Source: Splendidivirga corallicola (GTDB taxonomy: Bacteria; Bacteroidota; Bacteroidia; Cytophagales; Cyclobacteriaceae). Taken from it: a DNA stretch of 64,000 bases. A program made the translations under genes and the position numbers. How positions within the stretch are numbered: the stretch's first letter is position 1; every line of letters begins with the position of its first letter. Of this stretch, positions 1 through 9,379 are shown in pieces. Below the pieces are notes generated by a model. That model was not told the DNA's origin. It did no database searches and saw nothing but the letters and a program-made list of their open reading frames with translations. Location of the stretch: assembly GCF_030442035.1 (NCBI RefSeq), contig NZ_JAUJEA010000001.1, positions 525,559-589,558 of the forward strand. Reading direction: 5' to 3'.

Positions 1-73
1 TTTAGGCATTTTACAATTTCCATTCATAGCCTGGTGGGCCAGGGTATTTTTTAAAAAAAGTGGTTATAATTTT

Positions 74-361
74 TTGGAAAATACTGTCTTTGCATTTTAC
101 GCCAGTTCTCACCCATTAATTATTTCAACAGCTTTATTGCCTCTTACCGGACTTTCTTCCAGTGTTTATTATACATTTAACCTTTTGTTCTCACTAGTTT
201 ATTTCATCTGGTGCACCATCCAATTTTACAAAATCAAAAACATCATCGCCGGGATATTGAAAGGATTGTTCTTTTATATAGTAATTTTTATAAGCTTTAT
301 TATTTGTATAGGGATTTTGGCTGGCCTTATTGGAATCGTCATTGGATTAACTCAGGGCTGA
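74..361 (+). CDS. small hydrophobic membrane protein (hypothetical)
   Basis: 95-aa ORF. Translation is almost entirely hydrophobic, with 2-3 predicted TM helices. No recognisable family. Could be spurious. Confidence 0.3.
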   Translation: MENTVFAFYASSHPLIISTALLPLTGLSSSVYYTFNLLFSLVYFIWCTIQFYKIKNIIAGILKGLFFYIVIFISFIICIGILAGLIGIVIGLTQG

Positions 362-434
362 AAGAATACATAAAAGAAAAATTCCGGTGATTAAAAACAA
401 CCACCGGAACTACTATTTAAAGTAACCGCTTAAA

Positions 435-1361
435 CTACGCTTTAAGTCTTCTCTTCTTCCTTTCTTCCTTCAAGTCAACAACTATGCTTTCACCTTCTTT
501 CGTAATGGTTACTAAGCTATCACACTCCCCATCACCGAAGTCTACAAGAACATCAGGTTGTCCGTCTTTCTTAATTGACTTTATACCTTGTACAGCAATG
601 TGGATACCCTGTCTTCTACATTTTCTCTTGTAGATCATTTTGGAAAGTATTTCTACGCTATATGCTACACCTTCTTTGGTTGTCCCGCTAGCTTCACCTT
701 CTACCCAGAATTCATCATTGATCGGATGTGCTTCCCTTACCCATGTGAAGGTTTTGTTAACCTCTCTGGTGGCTACTGCTCCATCAGGCCAAGTGGCTTT
801 ACCACCTTCCAGTACTTTATTGAAGCTTAAATAATCATCTAAACTTTCAGATACATTTGTCAATGTTTTTGTTCCTTCCAGCGCAATTCCATTCACAGTA
901 TAATTTTCCAAAGTATATACCCACACTGCACCCGGAACATATTTACGGTCTGTATAAGTAATGATTATTTTACCACTTCTTTCCACACCACCAGGTCCAA
1001 CACATCCATCTCCGAAATCAATCGTTATGGTTTTATTTTCCTCATCGTGTGTAATTTCAGCACATCTTGTAATTTCATCGGAATTATCCAAACCCGATCT
1101 TCCGTTGATGGCACCATTATCAATTTTAGTATTTGCCTCAAAAGCGATGTCATCTGTTTCATCAAAATAACTATCTACAGTCTCTTCCTGGCTCGTTAGG
1201 TCAGTTTCTATGGACAGATCATCAGTAATTATTCCCTCTTCCTTGTCACACGCAGCCAAACCAATCATTAGAAAGGCAGCAAGCATAAACATGGCATTCT
1301 TCATTAACCCTGGGATCATTATTCTATTTTTCATAAGATTTAATATTTTAATTTGATTCAC
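435..1361 (-). CDS. lipoprotein, hypothetical
   Basis: 308-aa ORF. N-terminus is MKNAMFMLAAFLMIGLAAC, a lipobox (internal Met at 1334 or 1304 is a possible true start). Remainder is acidic, Asp/Thr-rich then a Gly-rich beta-type domain. No family recognised. Confidence 0.5.
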   Translation of the reverse strand: MNQIKILNLMKNRIMIPGLMKNAMFMLAAFLMIGLAACDKEEGIITDDLSIETDLTSQEETVDSYFDETDDIAFEANTKIDNGAINGRSGLDNSDEITRCAEITHDEENKTITIDFGDGCVGPGGVERSGKIIITYTDRKYVPGAVWVYTLENYTVNGIALEGTKTLTNVSESLDDYLSFNKVLEGGKATWPDGAVATREVNKTFTWVREAHPINDEFWVEGEASGTTKEGVAYSVEILSKMIYKRKCRRQGIHIAVQGIKSIKKDGQPDVLVDFGDGECDSLVTITKEGESIVVDLKEERKKRRLKA

Positions 1362-1568
1362 GTTATTAGGTTTTCTCGAATTCGAATTTGGTACTTAGAT
1401 GTGGTGGGTTGAGAAAGGTTTAATGAGGATTAAAAAAAAATTATTTTTTTTCGCTATGGGATAGCCGGAAGAAATGTAGCAAACTATTAATCAGTTATTT
1501 ACAAAGGAGAATCAATTAAAAATAAACATCAATATATCCGTGAATGGTGTAAATTGAATTTGTTCAAA

Positions 1569-1595
1569 CAAAAAAAGGAGCCAAAACTTGGCTCC
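1569..1595 (-). terminator. rho-independent terminator downstream of the PspC-domain gene
   Basis: GGAGCCAAAACTTGGCTCC hairpin at 1577-1595. On the minus strand it is followed by a T7 run (A-run 1570-1576 on plus). Confidence 0.5.
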
Positions 1596-1619
1596 TCTAT
1601 CATATATACTCAAAATAAT

Positions 1620-1817
1620 CTAATATTCATCTGGCATCACTATCCATAGAATAATATAGACCAGGGTACCTGGAAATCCTACACTAACCACGGAAAGTAT
1701 TACATATAAGATCCTTACCAAAGTGGGATCCCAACCGAGATAATTGGCAATTCCTCCACATACGCCCCCCAGTATTCGATCTCTTGAGCGTGCTAATCTC
1801 TGATTCATAGTTTTCAT
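1620..1817 (-). CDS. PspC-domain protein (phage-shock protein C family, stand-alone 65-aa form)
   Basis: Translation shows ...RDRILGGVCGGIANYLGWDPTLVRILYVILSV..., the canonical PspC-domain motif, followed by one TM helix. Confidence 0.8.
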   Translation of the reverse strand: MKTMNQRLARSRDRILGGVCGGIANYLGWDPTLVRILYVILSVVSVGFPGTLVYIILWIVMPDEY

Positions 1818-1942
1818 CTTTTTAAAATTTGTACCCTTGAGCAGCTTATTGGTATGAAATGTACAATCCTATATCTTACTCCATAAAATGATCTTCGAAT
1901 GTACTAAAATATACTTAGCCTCAAAGGGTATGTTCCATATAT

Positions 1943-2281
1943 TTATTGATTGTTTCCAGTCTGAATTAAATAATAAGTAGTGTTATGATCCGTAAACATT
2001 AAATCACTTCGATTCATTAATTTCACGAAATTGTCATCTTTCAAAGGTTTTCCAGCTACCATTTTCTTTTCAGCCACCAATCCGTCATTCAGGTTGTAAA
2101 TTTTGATAACCTTTATATTGTTTGGTTGATCAACATCTATTGCCTCCCCTACTTTTTCTTCTACGGGAATTGCAGATGTTTTAAAATCTGTGCTGACTTT
2201 ATCATTGGCCAATGATGTTGAATAAACAGTCACGGTCAATACAGCCATAAAAAATAGTTTGATTAAATTATTGTGTATCAT
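1943..2281 (-). CDS. small secreted protein, paralog of 51012..51371
   Basis: 112-aa ORF with N-terminal signal peptide (LFFMAVLTVTVYSTSLA). Its C-terminal half aligns by eye with the 119-aa protein at 51012-51371 (KIYN.N..LV.E...L.D.N...S..LM..HN.TYY). Confidence 0.45.
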   Translation of the reverse strand: MIHNNLIKLFFMAVLTVTVYSTSLANDKVSTDFKTSAIPVEEKVGEAIDVDQPNNIKVIKIYNLNDGLVAEKKMVAGKPLKDDNFVKLMNRSDLMFTDHNTTYYLIQTGNNQ

Positions 2282-2462
2282 GATCGTTAAGTTATTTCTA
2301 AAGTTAGCTTAAATATCAATTTGACAATTTATACCCAATTCACATGCCACAATAGTTAAAAGTCTGAAATTAAACAAGTTAACTCCTTAATATTCAGTTT
2401 TTATTACAAAAAATTGTATCAAAAACGAACACTTTTATGAACAATAGTGCACAATTGAAATT

Positions 2463-2506
2463 GGTTTCAGGTTTCAGGTTTCAGGTTTCAGGTTTCAGGT
2501 TTCAGG
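2463..2506. repeat. (GGTTTCA)x6 tandem heptanucleotide repeat
   Basis: Six perfect direct copies read directly in the sequence. Lies about 180 bp upstream of the minus-strand gene 1943-2281. Confidence 0.9.
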
Positions 2507-2613
2507 CAAAGCAAACTTTATATGAAAAAAGAAGATTCATTTCTTTTATAAAAAAGGGGAAATTATTTGAATATCAAAATAGGTAAACTCTACATACTTT
2601 TGAGTAGCTGGTT

Positions 2614-2901
2614 CTAGGAGGATTGATCTTCGACTATTTTCTTAACTTTTTGCTTTTCTGTGATGGCATCCACCATTTTCAGCCATATCACTTGCTTGCC
2701 GTTTTCAAGTGATTCATAGTGAATCTTGCCTTCCAGATTAATCACTTTACATTTACCAAGACCATATCTCAGGGATTCCACGATATCCCCTTCAAAAATG
2801 GGAACATCGTTCAGATCAAATAAGTCAGGGATATTTTTTTCTTCTTTTTTCTTTTTGTTCTTCTTAAAAAAACCGAACATCTCACATCTCAAATTAGTCA
2901 C
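2614..2901 (-). CDS. hypothetical protein
   Basis: 95-aa ORF with a Lys-rich N-terminal tract and a globular-looking C-terminal part. Overlapped by a less protein-like plus-strand ORF. No family recognised. Confidence 0.3.
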   Translation of the reverse strand: MTNLRCEMFGFFKKNKKKKEEKNIPDLFDLNDVPIFEGDIVESLRYGLGKCKVINLEGKIHYESLENGKQVIWLKMVDAITEKQKVKKIVEDQSS

Positions 2902-3097
2902 GCCGAAGATAATTCAAATATTTTCCAAGACCAAATCAAGTGAGGCAACCGCCTATTCCCAGGTTTAACCAATCTACTTTAAAGGCACTTCTTGCGTACT
3001 TTTAGATCATGGAACATGTGTAATAAAGTCAAATATTCTTGGTTAAAAAAAAGCTTTTGGGCCTTTATTTTTGATGTAAAATATACAGCTTGGAAGC

Positions 3098-4213
3098 ATG
3101 GATCTAAAAGGAAAGATATTTGATGTAAAAATTTTTCATTTCATTAAAGGCAGTATCCTTGTTTTTATATTGATGGGGGTCGGTTGCTCTTCAGATACCA
3201 ATGTTGGCCCTGATGTCAAACTCAAAGGTGACAGAACCCTGTCGGTAGATATTACAGAATCTGAAGTCGGCGGCTATAACCTGGCACTGGCAAGAGGAAG
3301 AGAGTTGGGAATAGAAGATGTCAAACTTTCATTTGATTGGAACTTAATGGAAACATCTCAGGGATTTGATTTTAGCTTTATTGATATTGCCAATACGTAT
3401 TATCCCGATATCAATATCCCCGTTTCGCTTATCTTAAGACCAATTGACACCAATCGAGCCACATTACCTGAAGACATAACCTCACGTCCATTTGATGATC
3501 CTTTGGTGATCCAAAGGTTCAATGCATTGCTAGATTCTATTTTCAACAGAACACCGGATCTCACAATCAACAGTATTCTTATAGGTAATGAAATAGATGC
3601 CTATTTGGGTACGGATGCGGATGCCTGGGAGGCTTTTGAAACTTTTTTTAAAGCCACACGAGATCACACAAAATCACTTTTTGGTGAATCCATGAAGGTC
3701 GGAACTATCGGCCAACTCTACGGTTTGGTAGGTGATCAGGAAGTTTTTTTTAAGTCAATCAATCAACATTCAGACTTTACCGCAGTAACTTATTACCCTT
3801 TAAATGATGATTTTACTGTGAAAGATCCACTGAGCATTGGTGAAGATTTTGACAATCTCGTCTCCAAACACGGATCAAGATCTATCCATTTTATAGAATG
3901 TGGTTATCCTTCGGGAACACTCAATGAAAGTTCGGAAGCTATGCAAGCAGAGTTCGTAGCACAGGTTTTTATAGCCTGGGACAAACACATAAACCAGGTG
4001 GAGCATATCACTTTCTCCTGGTTGACAGACATTTCCGAGCAGACTGCCAATGAGTTTGTTCAACAGTATGGTCTATCCGGCTCACCATTTCAATCTCAGT
4101 TTAAGGAGTACCTTTGGACGCTTGGATTAAGAAGCCATGATGGCACAGGTAGGGATAAACCAGCATTTATCCAGGTGCGTGATGAAGCCAGAAAACGTGG
4201 CTGGGACATTTAA
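3098..4213 (+). CDS. putative glycoside hydrolase, clan GH-A-like TIM barrel (lipoprotein)
   Basis: Lipoprotein signal (FILMGVGCSS). ILIGNEIDAY resembles the conserved N-E-P acid/base strand of clan GH-A. ECGYPSG fits a nucleophile-Glu strand. Confidence 0.5.
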   Translation: MDLKGKIFDVKIFHFIKGSILVFILMGVGCSSDTNVGPDVKLKGDRTLSVDITESEVGGYNLALARGRELGIEDVKLSFDWNLMETSQGFDFSFIDIANTYYPDINIPVSLILRPIDTNRATLPEDITSRPFDDPLVIQRFNALLDSIFNRTPDLTINSILIGNEIDAYLGTDADAWEAFETFFKATRDHTKSLFGESMKVGTIGQLYGLVGDQEVFFKSINQHSDFTAVTYYPLNDDFTVKDPLSIGEDFDNLVSKHGSRSIHFIECGYPSGTLNESSEAMQAEFVAQVFIAWDKHINQVEHITFSWLTDISEQTANEFVQQYGLSGSPFQSQFKEYLWTLGLRSHDGTGRDKPAFIQVRDEARKRGWDI

Positions 4214-4418
4214 AAGGCATTATTTTTTGAATCTATCAGCTTAGATCACGTCTAGATCGACGCCAAGAATGTCTCTGAATGGCATTAGCAGTTTGTCATC
4301 ATCGTGCAGGATTCATCCTTATTTTATTCAAAACCGTATATATCTTAATTATTCCTCTCTAACTTTGGAACTGAATAATGTTATTTTTGATTTAAATTTT
4401 AAATCTAAAAGATTATAT

Positions 4419-6530
4419 ATGCGAGGTTTTGTAACATTCTTTTCTCTGATCATATTTGTTTCCAGTTTGTCAAACTCCTGTGGACAAAAAAACAGTGCCA
4501 TGCAGCAAGATAGCGATCATCAATACACCAATAAATTAATTAACGAAAGCAGCCCGTATCTTCTACAACATGCCCATAATCCGGTAGACTGGTATCCATG
4601 GGGCGAAGAAGCGCTTGAAAAGGCTAAAAAAGAGAATAAATTAATGGTCATCAGTATTGGTTATGCAGCATGTCATTGGTGCCATGTAATGGAAAAAGAA
4701 TCGTTTGAAGATTCTGCAGTAGCTAAGCTGATGAACGAAAAGTTCATTTCAATAAAAGTTGACAGAGAGGAAAGACCGGACGTTGATCAAATATACATGA
4801 ATGCCGCTCAGCTTCTTACGGGAAGTGGCGGATGGCCACTCAATGCCATAGCTTTGCCTGATGGGAGGCCTATTTTTGCCGGCACCTATTTCCCAAAGGA
4901 GAATTGGATGAATCTACTGGAGAGAGTCCAGGAATTCTATGTAAATACACCTGAAAAAGCGGAAGAACAGGCAAGCAGGTTAACAGAAGGGATTCAGACC
5001 GTCGAGCTGATATCACTTAATACTTCGGAAGAAACATTCACCCAGGAAGATCTGGCTGTGATATTTGAGGGTTGGAAAGAAATGATGGATTTTAAATTCG
5101 GAGGCCAGAGAGGCGCTCCTAAATTTCCAGTGCCCATCGGCCATCAATTTCTTTTAAAATATTATCATAATTCGGGAGATAAAAAGGCTCTTGAGGCCGT
5201 TACTACAACACTTGATAAAATGGCTCTTGGTGGCATTTATGATCAAATAGGTGGAGGGTTCGCCAGATACTCTACAGACAAGTACTGGAAAGTGCCACAC
5301 TTTGAGAAGATGTTATATGACAATGCCCAGTTAGTAAGCCTATATGCTTCAGCCTACCAACTTACCAAGGATCCCTTATATAAAGAAGTCGTCTACGAAA
5401 CACTGGAATTTATTAAAAGAGAATTAACCTCTGAAGAAAATGGTTTCTATTCATCCCTGGATGCCGATAGTGAGGGAGAAGAAGGTAAATTCTATATATG
5501 GAAAAAACCGGACATTGATAAAATCATTGGAGCGGACTCTGATTTTATCATTGACTACTATAGTATTGAAGAAGATGGCAATTGGGAACATGGTAATAAT
5601 ATTTTGCTCAGAGAGATGAAAGACGAAGACTTCGCAGAAGCACATGGCTTATCAGTGGCGGATCTAAAAGAGCAAGTGAGCAAAGCCAAAAAACTCCTCT
5701 TGGAAGCCAGAGAAAATAAAATAAGGCCCGGTTTGGATGATAAGATTCTCACTGCATGGAATGCCTTGATGATCAAAGGATATGCCGATGCCTATCGTGT
5801 TTTCGATGAAGAGACATTCTTGGAAATGGCATTAAAAAATGCTGCGTTTATTAAAGATAAAGCACTTTCCAAGAATGGTCAGCTCACCAGAAATTATAAA
5901 GATGGAAAAGCATCCATTAATGCTTTTTTGGATGATTACGCTTTTACCATAGAAGCATTCATCGCATTGTATCAGGCCACATTTGAAGAGCAATGGTTAT
6001 TTGAGGCTGAAAAGTTACTTAAATATAGCCTGGATCACTTCTTTGATGAGGCTAGCGGCATGTTCTTTTACACATCTGATCTTGATCCTGATTTGATCGC
6101 CAGGAAGATGGAAGTAGCTGATAATGTAATACCCTCTTCCAATTCAGCCATGGCAAAGAATCTCTATATTTTAGGAGAATATCTTTACAATGAGGATTAT
6201 ATTTCCAAAGCTCGTCAGATGTTGAACAATGTAAAGGACAAACTAAATGAAGGCGGTCCTTACTATGGAAACTGGGACATTGTTATGAGCTATTTCGTCA
6301 ATCAGCCCTATGAGGTGGCCATCGTGGGAGATGATTTTGAGGCAAAAAGAAAGGCCATGGACCAGCACTTCCTGCCAAACGTTCTATTTATGGGCGGGAA
6401 GAATGAAGGCAAACTCCCTCTCTTGGAAAATAAATTGGTCGAGGGCCGAACCACCATCTATGTTTGCCAAAACAAATCCTGCCGACTACCAGTAACGGAA
6501 GTTGACAGAGCACTGACTCAAATAAAATAA
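4419..6530 (+). CDS. thioredoxin-domain protein of the DUF255 / YyaL (SSP411-like) family with C-terminal alpha/alpha-toroid domain
   Basis: Motif [46 protein letters not shown] is diagnostic of DUF255 thioredoxin-like proteins. Start moved to the internal Met at 4419, which gives a signal peptide ([16 protein letters not shown]). Confidence 0.8.
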   Translation: MRGFVTFFSLIIFVSSLSNSCGQKNSAMQQDSDHQYTNKLINESSPYLLQHAHNPVDWYPWGEEALEKAKKENKLMVISIGYAACHWCHVMEKESFEDSAVAKLMNEKFISIKVDREERPDVDQIYMNAAQLLTGSGGWPLNAIALPDGRPIFAGTYFPKENWMNLLERVQEFYVNTPEKAEEQASRLTEGIQTVELISLNTSEETFTQEDLAVIFEGWKEMMDFKFGGQRGAPKFPVPIGHQFLLKYYHNSGDKKALEAVTTTLDKMALGGIYDQIGGGFARYSTDKYWKVPHFEKMLYDNAQLVSLYASAYQLTKDPLYKEVVYETLEFIKRELTSEENGFYSSLDADSEGEEGKFYIWKKPDIDKIIGADSDFIIDYYSIEEDGNWEHGNNILLREMKDEDFAEAHGLSVADLKEQVSKAKKLLLEARENKIRPGLDDKILTAWNALMIKGYADAYRVFDEETFLEMALKNAAFIKDKALSKNGQLTRNYKDGKASINAFLDDYAFTIEAFIALYQATFEEQWLFEAEKLLKYSLDHFFDEASGMFFYTSDLDPDLIARKMEVADNVIPSSNSAMAKNLYILGEYLYNEDYISKARQMLNNVKDKLNEGGPYYGNWDIVMSYFVNQPYEVAIVGDDFEAKRKAMDQHFLPNVLFMGGKNEGKLPLLENKLVEGRTTIYVCQNKSCRLPVTEVDRALTQIK

Positions 6531-6545
6531 CAAACGAAAGATATC

Positions 6546-6581
6546 AAAAAGACCTGCTTAAGTTTTTAGGCAGGTCTTTTT
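6546..6581. terminator. bidirectional rho-independent terminator between convergent genes
   Basis: AAAAAGACCTGC-loop-GCAGGTCTTTTT hairpin flanked by A-run and T-run. Sits between the 3' ends of 4419-6530(+) and 6594-7316(-). Confidence 0.55.
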
Positions 6582-6593
6582 GCGTATCTAAAG

Positions 6594-7316
6594 TCAATCC
6601 GTACGGTTGGTTCTTATCCTATTCACATTTTTATTCATCAAATGACGGATCAAATTTCTAAAAAGGACAGATTTTAAGAATGAAAGGTCCTGGCCATGAT
6701 CTTTATAAAATGAATCGGGATTGTCAAACAAACCGAAATCCTGATTGATACCTAATTTTTGAATATAAGTGTGATTCTCCTGCCAGTCTATCTCCGGGTT
6801 TCTGAAATTATCGGTAAAAGCTCCATAACCACAAAAGGTTTTATTGCAGTCACTAAACTTATTTTGTAATTGCTCAAGGTATTTCCTGTCCAAAATGACT
6901 CCTTCCAAATGGAACCACTGGTTTTTGTAAAAAACTTCCACCCAACTATGGACTATATTTTGCGGTGCTAGTTTATACCAAATTCCCTTAATTGCTCCTT
7001 GTTGCAAAGCTTTATCAATCGTGAAACCATGGAACCTGCAAGGAATATCAAGTACTCTTAACAGAGCCATTAGTAACGTGGATTTTGTATTGCATTGACC
7101 ATAACCATCTTTTAATACCTTTGAGGCCGGAATCTCATCATGCAGGTTATAGCCAAATGCCATTTCATCTCTTACAAATAAATAGATAGCCTTTATCTGC
7201 TCTTTTAAATCCAGATCTTTCCAATTTCTTTCCTTTATGAGTTGCTGAATGCGTTTGTTTGAGAAATCAAGAAGCTTTGTTTCATTCAAATATTTTTGCA
7301 TGTTTTTTTCATACAA
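6594..7316 (-). CDS. transglutaminase-like superfamily protein (putative cysteine protease fold)
   Basis: Core GYGQCNTKSTLLMALLRVLDIPCRFHGFTI matches the transglutaminase-like Cys region, followed by conserved His/Asp-bearing segments. Confidence 0.6.
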   Translation of the reverse strand: MYEKNMQKYLNETKLLDFSNKRIQQLIKERNWKDLDLKEQIKAIYLFVRDEMAFGYNLHDEIPASKVLKDGYGQCNTKSTLLMALLRVLDIPCRFHGFTIDKALQQGAIKGIWYKLAPQNIVHSWVEVFYKNQWFHLEGVILDRKYLEQLQNKFSDCNKTFCGYGAFTDNFRNPEIDWQENHTYIQKLGINQDFGLFDNPDSFYKDHGQDLSFLKSVLFRNLIRHLMNKNVNRIRTNRTD

Positions 7317-7336
7317 AACTATTTCCGCAAAAGGTC

Positions 7337-8128
7337 TTAAGCTTGAATAAACTGGCTATTGTTGAATAATGCTGACGGTACTAAACCAAATGTTTCCTTA
7401 AATGTTCTACTGAAATGAGCGCTATCGGAAAAGCCACAAGCATATGCCAGTTCTGTAAGTGAGTTCATTCCGGGTACCAAATCAAAGGCATGCATTAATT
7501 TTATCCACAACTGCATTCTTCGATAGGTCACACCTGTTTCCTGTTTGAACAGGTGAAGAAACCTGCTCTTCGAAAGATAAGTTTTTTGAGCAATTTCCTC
7601 TAACGGTACAATCTCTTCCGAATGCTCTCTGAGATATTTCATGCCCTTCAAGATACGATCATCCGGTTGATGTGAAGAATCAGTACAGAATTGCATGAAC
7701 ACATCAGCTAGTTTTTGATAGTTGGTTTGAAACTCCTGAATTTTTATTTTTTCATACAAAAAATCACTTCCAAGTTGCCTCAAACTATTTGTCCAGTGGT
7801 TTTTAAATTCCTGAAAATTACTTGTCATTAAGTGCCTGCTTATGAAATGACCGATTAAGCTTGCCGGATTTATCAAAAGTAACATTACCGCTCCCTCGCG
7901 ACATCGAATACTATGTGCCACATTTGGTTGAATAGCTACGGCTTGGGAAGAATATTCTTTTCCTTTTAATGAGGCCACAAATTCCCCTTCCAAAGCAATG
8001 GTTACTTGCAAAGCATAATGTTGATGTAACACATTATCAGAAAATTTTCCAATAAATATGCCCATACCATCGGTTTTAACAATACGGTTATGTATCAGAT
8101 TTTTTTCAACCATTATTAAGCTGACCAC
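7337..8128 (-). CDS. AraC-family transcriptional regulator
   Basis: C-terminal dual HTH region (...LAYACGFSDSAHFSRTFKETFGLVPS...) typical of AraC/XylS. N-terminal cupin-like ligand domain. Confidence 0.8.
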   Translation of the reverse strand: MVSLIMVEKNLIHNRIVKTDGMGIFIGKFSDNVLHQHYALQVTIALEGEFVASLKGKEYSSQAVAIQPNVAHSIRCREGAVMLLLINPASLIGHFISRHLMTSNFQEFKNHWTNSLRQLGSDFLYEKIKIQEFQTNYQKLADVFMQFCTDSSHQPDDRILKGMKYLREHSEEIVPLEEIAQKTYLSKSRFLHLFKQETGVTYRRMQLWIKLMHAFDLVPGMNSLTELAYACGFSDSAHFSRTFKETFGLVPSALFNNSQFIQA

Positions 8129-8346
8129 ATCACATAACTTGTGCTGAGGAAATCCAAAAGTAATTAATAAAGATCAAGATAATTATGACAGTTTAAATAT
8201 GGCATATGCATATAATTATCCGGAGCACATTCAATTCAAAGAAATCCAACAATTCTTAAACTTAACTTATATTATTTTTAATTTTATTAAAAGTTAAATT
8301 AAATAAATTAAACTTTTGTATACATTTGTTAAACAATCTTAAAGAA

Positions 8347-8637
8347 ATGACAATAAAAAAGCTTCCGGTGATTTGCCCAAGTTGTAGTGGTAAGCTCAAA
8401 GTACAGTCATTGCACTGTGAAGCTTGTGAAACAACTGTGAGTGGATTGTACAGCCTCCCAATCCTATCGAACTTAAGCAATGAAGAACAAACTTTTATTC
8501 TCGATTTTGTAAAAAACAGCGGTAGCTTAAAAACCATGGCACAGAAATTAGGATTGAGCTATCCCACCGTAAGAAATCGTCTTGATGATATTATTGAAAA
8601 GATCAGAAACATTGAGAGTGAGGAAGATCATCATTGA
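8347..8637 (+). CDS. DUF2089-family protein (zinc-ribbon + HTH)
   Basis: CPSC...C..C zinc-ribbon at the N-terminus, then ...KTMAQKLGLSYPTVRNRLDDII... HTH. Start set at MTIKK. Confidence 0.55.
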   Translation: MTIKKLPVICPSCSGKLKVQSLHCEACETTVSGLYSLPILSNLSNEEQTFILDFVKNSGSLKTMAQKLGLSYPTVRNRLDDIIEKIRNIESEEDHH

Positions 8638-8713
8638 GGTAAATAAGGAGTTATGGCTGAATATGGATTAATCGTAATGACTTACTCCTCATTGAATTGT
8701 AAATTTTTGTTAA

Positions 8714-9340
8714 ATGACGACTGAATTGGCAGCAAATATGAAACAATGGCTCTTTAATCCATTCATATATATTGCAGGCTCGAGGGCTTTATCTATTGGG
8801 GTAATTGGCGCCTTGTTAAGTGCACTTATCAATACCTATAGTAATACTCATTTCGATGGTGCTTTAGATGTGCACTTCCATGTTCAGCGTAATATCAAAG
8901 TGCCAATTGCTGAAAACATCATCAGTTTGTTAAGCTTGTGGATCGCCTTTCTTCTAATCGCGAAATTCTTCACAAAATCCAGTTTTCGAATTATTGATCT
9001 GTTCGGCACAGTGGCATTGGCAAGATTACCTTTGATTTTATTGTCTTTATTGGGTTTTCTTCCATTCCATAAACTTGTCAGTGACTATGCTAAAAAAGCT
9101 ATTTTGCAAAGCGGAGAATCCATCGATTTTTCAAATCTGGACCTCTCTCTAATGGCTGCCATGGGTGTAGTGACCATTGTCATTTCGGCTTGGATGATCG
9201 CACTGCTGTACAATGCCTATGGCATATCTACTAATCTGAAAGGCACAAAACGATGGCTGTCATTTGTCATTGGGCTGATTGTAGCAGAAATAATATCAAA
9301 GATCATATTGTCTTATACATATCCCATTTTGATGGGTTAA
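8714..9340 (+). CDS. polytopic membrane protein, hypothetical (DUF2089 partner)
   Basis: 208-aa ORF with about 5 predicted TM helices, immediately downstream of the DUF2089 gene. No family recognised. Confidence 0.4.
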   Translation: MTTELAANMKQWLFNPFIYIAGSRALSIGVIGALLSALINTYSNTHFDGALDVHFHVQRNIKVPIAENIISLLSLWIAFLLIAKFFTKSSFRIIDLFGTVALARLPLILLSLLGFLPFHKLVSDYAKKAILQSGESIDFSNLDLSLMAAMGVVTIVISAWMIALLYNAYGISTNLKGTKRWLSFVIGLIVAEIISKIILSYTYPILMG

Positions 9341-9379
9341 AACATTGAATACATGAATTCACCTTATAAATACCAACCT

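Noticed and set aside
588-1170. Three plus-strand ORFs (64-80 aa) inside the 435-1361 lipoprotein gene
   Set aside because: Antisense to a longer ORF with clear lipoprotein signal. Translations are Ser/Thr/Pro-rich low-complexity.
2463-2506. Possibility that the GGTTTCA array is a CRISPR-like array
   Set aside because: Units are 7 bp, perfectly tandem, with no spacers and no cas genes anywhere in the window. Simple microsatellite.
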